Made by a program: the position numbers and the translations under genes. Under the pieces are notes generated by a model, which was given only the letters and a program-made list of their open reading frames with translations, did no database searches and was not told where the DNA came from. Of a stretch of DNA of 46,963 nt, positions 40,566 to 46,963 are shown piece by piece (position 1 is the stretch's first letter; every line of letters starts with the position of its first letter). This DNA comes from Leptolyngbyaceae cyanobacterium (lineage in GTDB: Bacteria > Cyanobacteriota > Cyanobacteriia > Phormidesmidales > Phormidesmidaceae), in NCBI GenBank assembly GCA_050331235.1, contig JBHJHA010000092.1, positions 1-46,963 on the forward strand, in the 5' to 3' direction.

Positions 40566-40699
40566 ATCTAGCCTCTACGCAAATCGCGCTTTTAGGAAAA
40601 CTTAAATGCTTGATCAGCATTAGAAGATTGAGTTATTTTTGGAGTGGCTAAAGATGCTATCAACTCAGACTGATGATTTTCGTCAATGACCATTGATGG

Positions 40700-41005
40700 T
40701 CAATTAGACGATCGCATCTCGATAGAGACCAAATCTTGGCAGCGAAGTGTGTCGCTACAAACTGTTGTTATTGAGACATACTCTAAGACTTCCAGGCTGT
40801 CTGTCGTACAGGCTGTGAACTGAATATGCTGGCCCGGACCGAGCGATCGCTCCCAGGCACTTTGGGTTCCTTTGACAAATCGAATAACTTGTTGGCGATC
40901 GCTGTGATTTGTGTAGGTACACAGTAAACGACTTGAGTTGCCAGTTTCCGACTGAAAAGGCGAATGATTGATGCCTTTAAGAGTCGACGGTATGGAGGTT
41001 TTCAA
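40700..41005 (-). CDS. DUF1830 family protein
   Basis: LLCTYTNHSDRQQVIR...WERSLGPGQHIQFTA...LEV...DTLRCQDL. Confidence 0.75.
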   Translation of the reverse strand: MKTSIPSTLKGINHSPFQSETGNSSRLLCTYTNHSDRQQVIRFVKGTQSAWERSLGPGQHIQFTACTTDSLEVLEYVSITTVCSDTLRCQDLVSIEMRSSN

Positions 41006-41065
41006 ACCAATATTTCCGGTTCAGTTGGTCTCTTTAAAGATAAAAAATATTGCTTCCACCGATCT

Positions 41066-41079
41066 GTTCGCCATCGAAC
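41066..41079 (-). promoter_or_regulatory. Palindromic operator candidate upstream of the DUF1830 gene
   Basis: GTTCG-ccat-CGAAC, centred about 30 bp upstream of a minus-strand TATCTT (41042-41037). Confidence 0.45.
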
Positions 41080-41359
41080 GTATGAAATATATCTTTGCAC
41101 AGGCCAACATTAGCCACGGTTTACGCTAACTATCTGATCACCCCTTTAACTTGCCATGTCATGCGAGCTGAGGTAGCCTTGCCACCTAGATTAGTTGCAC
41201 AACAAATAAACTAAAAGCTGAAGGCGTTTTTAGATGGCGCGGGAAAATGCTCCTCAAAGCAGCGATCGCCGATCAAAACCCGCAATCTATTCACACTCAT
41301 TTACAGGCTTTCTTCCTGATGGGAAAAGTCAAAAATTCTAGGTTTTCGGTTTATCTACC

Positions 41360-42127
41360 TTATGAGATCGAACAAAATTGACTGTAGCTATCACCGATCA
41401 ACCGGCAAAATTCTGATTGAATTTGAAAGAAACATTCGCACGCTCTCTCCTCTAGTTTTTGACGGGAGAGAATCACAATTTTACCGCGACTATATCTGAT
41501 AATGCCCGCTTGCTGAAGACTTTTCGCCGCAGTGGTGACACTGGTCCGGCGAGTGCCCAGCATTTCTGCAATGAACTCGTGGGTAAGCGGCAAATGATCA
41601 GACTGTATCGAGTTGTGCACAATCAACAGCCACTGGGCCAAACGAGCATCGATGGTGCATTGTGCATTGGCAACGGCCGTTTGTGAAACCTGGGCCAACA
41701 AAGCCTGAGAGTAGCGCAGCAGCATGTCATGCAGAGATTGCATATGACAAAACTCTTTTTGAATCATTGAGGCATCAATCGTGTACAAGTCACCTGGAAT
41801 CTGCACGATCGCCTGATAGTGGGCTGCCCTACCGCCCAAAATCGCGGGCAGACCGATCATGCCTTCGCGGCCAATGATGCCGATCTCATTGACCTTGCCA
41901 TTAGACATAATTGAGACTAAGGAAACCATGCCGGTCGCTGGAAAGTAGACCTGCTTGATGACTTCCCCAGGCTCAAACAAAATCTCGCCGCGCGCAAATG
42001 AAGATCGCTGCAAGCCTGGTTCGATCCGGTTAAATTCCTCCCGAGGCATGACCGCTAAGATCGAATTCGTCGGCGCTGTACGCTCTGGCTGCAGTAAATC
42101 CCCTTCAGAGTTGGCCGAACAGACCAT
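41360..42127 (-). CDS. Crp/Fnr-family transcriptional regulator
   Basis: cNMP-like domain (VYFPATGMVSLV, IGREGMIG) and HTH LTHEFIAEMLGTRRTSVT..A..LQ..GIIRYSRG. Confidence 0.92.
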   Translation of the reverse strand: MVCSANSEGDLLQPERTAPTNSILAVMPREEFNRIEPGLQRSSFARGEILFEPGEVIKQVYFPATGMVSLVSIMSNGKVNEIGIIGREGMIGLPAILGGRAAHYQAIVQIPGDLYTIDASMIQKEFCHMQSLHDMLLRYSQALLAQVSQTAVANAQCTIDARLAQWLLIVHNSIQSDHLPLTHEFIAEMLGTRRTSVTTAAKSLQQAGIIRYSRGKIVILSRQKLEERACECFFQIQSEFCRLIGDSYSQFCSIS

Positions 42128-42422
42128 GGCTTTCCTTCAGAACTTAGACTGTCCTGACTCCTAATAACAGACCAGCTTTAACAAGCATTTTGACGAATTA
42201 GGCAGCCTGTGAAAAGAGGATTATGAATAAAGACGCATTCTGCAATAATGCTTCATTAAACTAGCAAGCCTGATTAGTTTCTCCTGAGCGAATATGTGAG
42301 AATACGTTTGAGTGATTTACGCCTGGGTATGACAAAGACTGCTTTTATACCCCTGCACTCAAGGTCTATGGAGACCGCTAGAGCCACGCAGAGTTTTGAT
42401 TATTCACAATTGCTAGATACCT

Positions 42423-43937
42423 ATGATTATCGACGATCAACACTATGACGTAATCATCGTGGGCACCGGCGCTGGGGGCGGAACTCTGGCTCAAAAGCTG
42501 GCTCCAAGCGGTAAGCGGATTTTGATCTTAGAGCGGGGCGATCGCATGGCCCTGGAAGAACAAAATCGAGCCAACGTTGATCTCTTTAAAAAGGAGCGCT
42601 ATCACGCTCCCGAACAGTGGTGGGACCAGTCCGGAGAGCCGTTTTCGCCACAGACTAACTATGCCGTAGGCGGCAACACCAAGATTTATACGGCCTCGCT
42701 GATGCGGATGCGCGATCGCGACTTTACGGCTCTCCAGCATCAAGAAGGGGTCGCCCCCGAATGGCCCTTTCAATATGCTGATCTAGAACCTTATTACACC
42801 GCTGCGGAGCAGCTTTACCAGGTGCACGGCGATGCCCACCAGGATCTGACTGAGCCTGAGCACAGTGCCGACTATCCATATCCAGGCATCGAGCATGCGC
42901 CATTGATGCAGCCCCTTATTGAGGGGCTTGCCAATCAGGGACTGCATCCGACGCCATTGCCCCTCAGCTTGACTCGTCAAGACGACGACCCAACCGGGGA
43001 CTCTGAGGTATTCGGCATTGATTTGGCGCTCAAGCATGAAAACGTCACTTTGAAAACGTCCGCCCAGGTGGTAGGCCTACATACCAATCCCACTGGCACA
43101 AGTATCAAAGGGGTGGAGGCTCGGGTGGGTGAGCAATCCGTCTTGTTTAGCGGTGAGCTCGTTGTCTTGGCCTGTGGTGCAGTGAACTCCGCCGCTCTCT
43201 TGCTCCAGTCTGCGAACGAGCAGCATCCCCAAGGGCTCGCCAACCGTTCTGAGCAGGTGGGCCGCAACTTGATGAAACATCAGATGACGGTTATCGTTGA
43301 GCGCTCTGCCTCAGAACATTCGGGAGAGTTTCCTCGGAGCGTCAGCGTCAACGATTTTTATTGGGGTGATGGCAACTATGACTATCCCATGGGCCACATT
43401 GAGGATAGCGGTGGCCTACTCCGAGATATCATTTTCGCGGAGTCGCCACCAGTGCTGTCGGTGATTGCTCAAATTTTGCCCGGCTCCCGACTAAAAGGGT
43501 TAGCGACCCACTCCATTGGGTGGTGGGCCCAAACGGGGATGCTCCCTGACCCCAACAATCGGGTGCGCTGGCAGAAGGGCAAACTGCGTTATGAATTTAC
43601 CAATAACAACTTTGAGGCTCACGATCGCCTGGTTTACCGCTGGATTGAAGTGCTCAAAGCGATCGAAAAAGATATCGAAGCCATGATCAGCAACACTATG
43701 TTTCCTCGCGGCGAGGCTCCGCTTCAAGTGGTGGGTTACCAGCTCGGCACCTGCAAAATGGGCGCGGATCCCGCCACTTCGGTCCTTGATATCAACTGTC
43801 GCACCCACGACATTGACAATCTCTATGTTGTTGACAGTAGCTTTTTTCCCTCTTGCCCATCGGTGGGACCCGCCCTTACCGTCATGGCTAATGCCTTACG
43901 CGTCGGTGATCACATCATCGAACGACTGCAGGCATAA
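42423..43937 (+). CDS. GMC-family oxidoreductase
   Basis: IVGTGAGG FAD motif, VGGNT, VGRNLMKH, NLYVVDSSFFPS...PALTVMANALR. Confidence 0.92.
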   Translation: MIIDDQHYDVIIVGTGAGGGTLAQKLAPSGKRILILERGDRMALEEQNRANVDLFKKERYHAPEQWWDQSGEPFSPQTNYAVGGNTKIYTASLMRMRDRDFTALQHQEGVAPEWPFQYADLEPYYTAAEQLYQVHGDAHQDLTEPEHSADYPYPGIEHAPLMQPLIEGLANQGLHPTPLPLSLTRQDDDPTGDSEVFGIDLALKHENVTLKTSAQVVGLHTNPTGTSIKGVEARVGEQSVLFSGELVVLACGAVNSAALLLQSANEQHPQGLANRSEQVGRNLMKHQMTVIVERSASEHSGEFPRSVSVNDFYWGDGNYDYPMGHIEDSGGLLRDIIFAESPPVLSVIAQILPGSRLKGLATHSIGWWAQTGMLPDPNNRVRWQKGKLRYEFTNNNFEAHDRLVYRWIEVLKAIEKDIEAMISNTMFPRGEAPLQVVGYQLGTCKMGADPATSVLDINCRTHDIDNLYVVDSSFFPSCPSVGPALTVMANALRVGDHIIERLQA

Positions 43938-44025
43938 AGTTGGCGACCATAGACTTACCGGCTCCCTAGAAGATCCCCGGGGCAAGTTCGGGAATTAGAG
44001 ACACCCCTGGGCGCCATTTGGCTCT

Positions 44026-45933
44026 TTAGTTGCCCTGGTCTTCCGGCTGCTTTTGCCGCTGCAGAACCGTTAGAGCAGCTTGAAAGTGCTGAGCTCGAAT
44101 GCGGATTTGCGTGGGATCTGTGGCTCCAGCAGCACGGTATTCACGAATAGCTTCGAGGGCCGCTTGATTGCTGAGAAGGGCCAGATCCGCACCGTTCCAG
44201 CCTGCTGTTTGGGCAGCGAGATGTGCCAAGTCAACGCTTTCTAAGGGGCGATCGCTGTTGTGCACCTGCAAGATCGACAGTCGGCTTTCTTCCGTGGGGA
44301 GATCCACTTCAATCTGTAAATCCAAACGTCCTGCCCGGAGCATCGCAGCATCGAGGGCACTCCGGCGGTTTGTCGCACCGACGAGCAGCACATCAGCACA
44401 GTCTTTGAGGCCATCCAATTCCGTCAGGAGTTGACCCACGACGCGATCGCTCACCCCCGAGTCGCCTGAGTACTGACCTCGAGCCGGTGCCAGCGTATCA
44501 ATTTCGTCAATAAACACAACACAGGGAGCCGCCTGACGGGCTTTGACAAACAGCTCACGGACGGCCTGCTCGGCGGCTCCCACCCACCGGCTCATCAGTT
44601 CTGGCCCATTGACCGCAATAAAGTTGGCCCGGGCTTGAGCCGCAACTGCCTTCGCCAGCAGCGTTTTGCCCGTACCGGGGGGACCCCAGAGTAAAATGCC
44701 ACGGGGAGCAGTCGCTCCGGTTTGCTGATAGAGCTCAGGATACAGCAGCACGCCTTCCACCGACTCTTGCAGGATGCGTTTCGCTGCTGAGAGGCCGCCG
44801 ATATCTTCCCACTTCACCTGGGGAGATTCAATTTCGACAGAGCGCAGCACCGAGGGCTTGATCTCCTTGAGTGCCGCCGCAAAGTCCGCCTGTGAAACGT
44901 GGAGGTCAGCGGGAATAGGGTCATTCAACGAGGGGACCTGGCGTCGTAAAGCAAAATATGCAGCTTTTTGACAGAGCGCTTTTAGATCAGCACCCACCAT
45001 GCCGACTGCGACGTCGGCGATCGCAGCCAAGCTCTCGGTTTGGTCGAGGGGCATCTGCCGCGTCTGAATTTGGAGAATCTCCAAGCGGCCAGCTCGGTCG
45101 GGAACGCGAAAGTGGACTTCGCGATCGAGGCGACCGGGCCGCCGCAGGGCCGGATCGATGTGGTTGGGCTGGTTGGTAGCGGCTAAGACAATGACGCCGG
45201 GAGTCTTAGCAAAGCCATCCATGAGACTCAGTAGCTGGGCTACTAGGCGCTTCTCTACTTCGCCCTCTACCTTGCTGCGATCGGGGGCTAGACTGTCAAT
45301 TTCATCAATGAAAATTAGGCAGGGGGCAGCTTTAGCTGCTTTTTCAAAGACTTTACGGAGGCGACCTTCAGCCTCGCCGTAGTATTTGCCCATGATTTCG
45401 GGCCCCACGATCGCAATGTAGCTCACCCCGAGCTCCTCAGCGAGCGATCGGGCGGTCAAGGTTTTGCCGGTACCCGGTGGGCCCACCAGCATCACGCCAC
45501 GAGGCGGCTCGAGGCCAAGTTGAGTCAGCACCCCCGGTCGCTTGAGCGGGATTTCAATGAGTTCTTTGAGTTCTTGAATAACTGGACTCAATCCACCCAC
45601 ATCTTTAAGTGAGGGGGCAGCCGGTGGGGGCGCTGCGGTAGCACTTGGCGGAGTCGGCTCTTCAGTGGGCGGAGCCGGTGCTGGGTCGTCTGGGGCAGCC
45701 GGTGGGGGCGTGACGATGACCGCTTCGCCCAGGTCAGCATCCTCATCTTTCCCAGCGCCCGGTGTCCGGATCCGGGAGACGCCAATATCAGGAATATTGC
45801 CCTGGCGGGGAATATTGCTCAAGTTGCGAGTGTTTACCCGAATATCCGTTTTGAGTTCGCCCTTTTCTGCCTTTTCTTCGAGGGTTTTAGCTAGCTCTAA
45901 CAGTTGCTCAAATCCTTTGAAAAAGTCATTCAT
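44026..45933 (-). CDS. Double AAA+ ATPase (CDC48/VCP-like D1-D2)
   Basis: Two GPPGTGKT / FIDEID / (RPGR, RAGR) modules. The likely start is MNDFFKGF at 45933 rather than 46104. Confidence 0.92.
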   Translation of the reverse strand: MNDFFKGFEQLLELAKTLEEKAEKGELKTDIRVNTRNLSNIPRQGNIPDIGVSRIRTPGAGKDEDADLGEAVIVTPPPAAPDDPAPAPPTEEPTPPSATAAPPPAAPSLKDVGGLSPVIQELKELIEIPLKRPGVLTQLGLEPPRGVMLVGPPGTGKTLTARSLAEELGVSYIAIVGPEIMGKYYGEAEGRLRKVFEKAAKAAPCLIFIDEIDSLAPDRSKVEGEVEKRLVAQLLSLMDGFAKTPGVIVLAATNQPNHIDPALRRPGRLDREVHFRVPDRAGRLEILQIQTRQMPLDQTESLAAIADVAVGMVGADLKALCQKAAYFALRRQVPSLNDPIPADLHVSQADFAAALKEIKPSVLRSVEIESPQVKWEDIGGLSAAKRILQESVEGVLLYPELYQQTGATAPRGILLWGPPGTGKTLLAKAVAAQARANFIAVNGPELMSRWVGAAEQAVRELFVKARQAAPCVVFIDEIDTLAPARGQYSGDSGVSDRVVGQLLTELDGLKDCADVLLVGATNRRSALDAAMLRAGRLDLQIEVDLPTEESRLSILQVHNSDRPLESVDLAHLAAQTAGWNGADLALLSNQAALEAIREYRAAGATDPTQIRIRAQHFQAALTVLQRQKQPEDQGN

Positions 45934-46128
45934 AGCCCTACCAGCCTTGTCGATGGCGTCACCTGTGCTCGTCAATTCGTCGTAACTACGCTCAGCGAGT
46001 TGATGAGGTTTCAATATAGCGTTCCCGTTTACGGCCCCAAGCAGGAGGGTAAAGGCATTTCGTAATGTTGAGTCTGCAGAATGAGATGGATCGCCGCCAA
46101 TCACAGCGAATCAAACTGCGATTTCGTC

Positions 46129-46824
46129 TCAGCCAGCGGGCGGGGTCAGCACTTCGTTGAAATAGTCCATAAAGATCTTGACCTTATGGGGAATGTACGA
46201 TCGCGATGGCAATACCCACCAAGCCGATGTCCCAAACTCCGTAGCTGTTACTTCATATGACGGAAAGACATCCACAAGCGTGCCGTTCTTGAGTTCTTGA
46301 TCAATCAGCCAGTTGGGTAACAGCGCTAGGCCAAGACCCGCGATCGCACATTGCTGTAGTGCCAACGCATTGGAGACGATCAGTCGACCGTGGACGGGCA
46401 CTTCACTGATCGCCCCTTGCGAATCTTTGAAGATCCACCGAGAGCGAAAGCCCGCCAGCGAAAATCGTAAACAGTCATGGTGAACCATATCTGCTGGATA
46501 ACGGGGATACCCGCGGGTAGATAGATAGCCAGGACTGGCACAAACTCGATAGTAGGTCAGCATGAGACGCTGGGCAATCAGGGATGAGTCAGGCAGCATA
46601 CCGAGGCGAATGGCGACATCAATCCGCTCCGCGAACAGATCAACGACAGAATCTGTGAGTACCAGCTCAAGCCCCAAGTCCGGGTAGCGCTGGCGAAATG
46701 CCGGCAGTCGCGGCACGAGGCAGCGCTGCCCAAACGAAACTGAGGCAGTCAGGCGCAGCGTTCCCTGAGGTTGCTGCGAGAGGTCATGGATCATCACCCC
46801 AGCCTGCTGGAGTTCCTCGATCAA
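46129..46824 (-). pseudogene. LysR-family regulator, substrate-binding half only; N-terminal HTH separated by IS insertion
   Basis: PQGTLRLTASVSFG, DLFAERIDVAIRLG, GLGLALLP. The frame abuts the IS end at 46825. Confidence 0.88.
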
Positions 46825-46963
46825 ACGTCAGTTCGACGAGTTAAAAGATGGCTTCAGGGAGCGCCGACAAGCCTTTGAACTCTAGGTCTAAGGCGGGTTT
46901 CTTCTCTTGATAGGTATAAGCCACCAAGGCCGCCAGAGTATTGACCAGGAAATTGAACGGGCT
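46825..46963 (-). mobile_element. IS982-family element, 3' end (transposase C-terminus 46841-46963)
   Basis: Minus-strand translation SPFNFLVNTLAALVAYTYQEKKPALDLEFKGLSALPEAIF*; terminus ACGTCAGTTCG. Confidence 0.82.

Larger units (their letters stand above)
367..46347. repeat. Dispersed HIP1 octamers (GCGATCGC), the cyanobacterial highly iterated palindrome
   Basis: Dozens of copies across coding and intergenic DNA, e.g. 367, 602, 769, 2623, 7501, 34760; not counted exactly. Confidence 0.95.

Noticed and set aside
697..45985. Numerous antisense or overlapping ORFs in the track
   Set aside because: They are shadows of well-supported genes and carry no motifs of their own.
45934..46104. 57-aa N-terminal extension of the AAA ATPase
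   Set aside because: Looks like an open intergenic frame; ATG 45933 gives a more plausible start.
1..46963. CRISPR array, tRNA, rRNA, retron/DGR or other defence loci
   Set aside because: By eye I found no regularly spaced repeats, tRNA arms, reverse transcriptase, nuclease or cas genes; small RNAs could still be missed.

Overview
Chromosomal DNA from a cyanobacterium: the HIP1 octamer GCGATCGC occurs throughout, and ndhF1/ndhD1, psb30 and two hli genes are present. An hpsE-like gene suggests a filamentous strain (inference). The window opens inside a degraded TPR repeat and ends inside an IS982 transposase, so it may be an entire contig. Most of it is core or housekeeping genes: sugar ABC permease, NDH-1, Fed3-type ferredoxin, ispD, dps, M16 peptidase, ABC-2 exporter, uvrB, iscA, GMC oxidoreductase and a double-AAA ATPase. 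Mobile elements are one decayed IS630 and an IS982 that truncates a LysR gene. I saw no rRNA, tRNA, CRISPR array or prophage, and no clear-cut novel multi-gene system. Best leads: an ATG-TAA start-stop at the true start of ndhD1; a perfect NtcA box upstream of the hpsE + Stf0 sulfotransferase pair; 22-bp-phased CRP half-sites in a divergent promoter; a class-II-positioned GTTCG-N4-CGAAC palindrome next to an atypical Crp/Fnr gene; a phage-type lysozyme with an unknown N-terminal domain outside any prophage; an 831-aa exported orphan protein; a GH10 xylanase; and a few candidate structured RNAs. All calls come from motif recognition by eye, with no database search.
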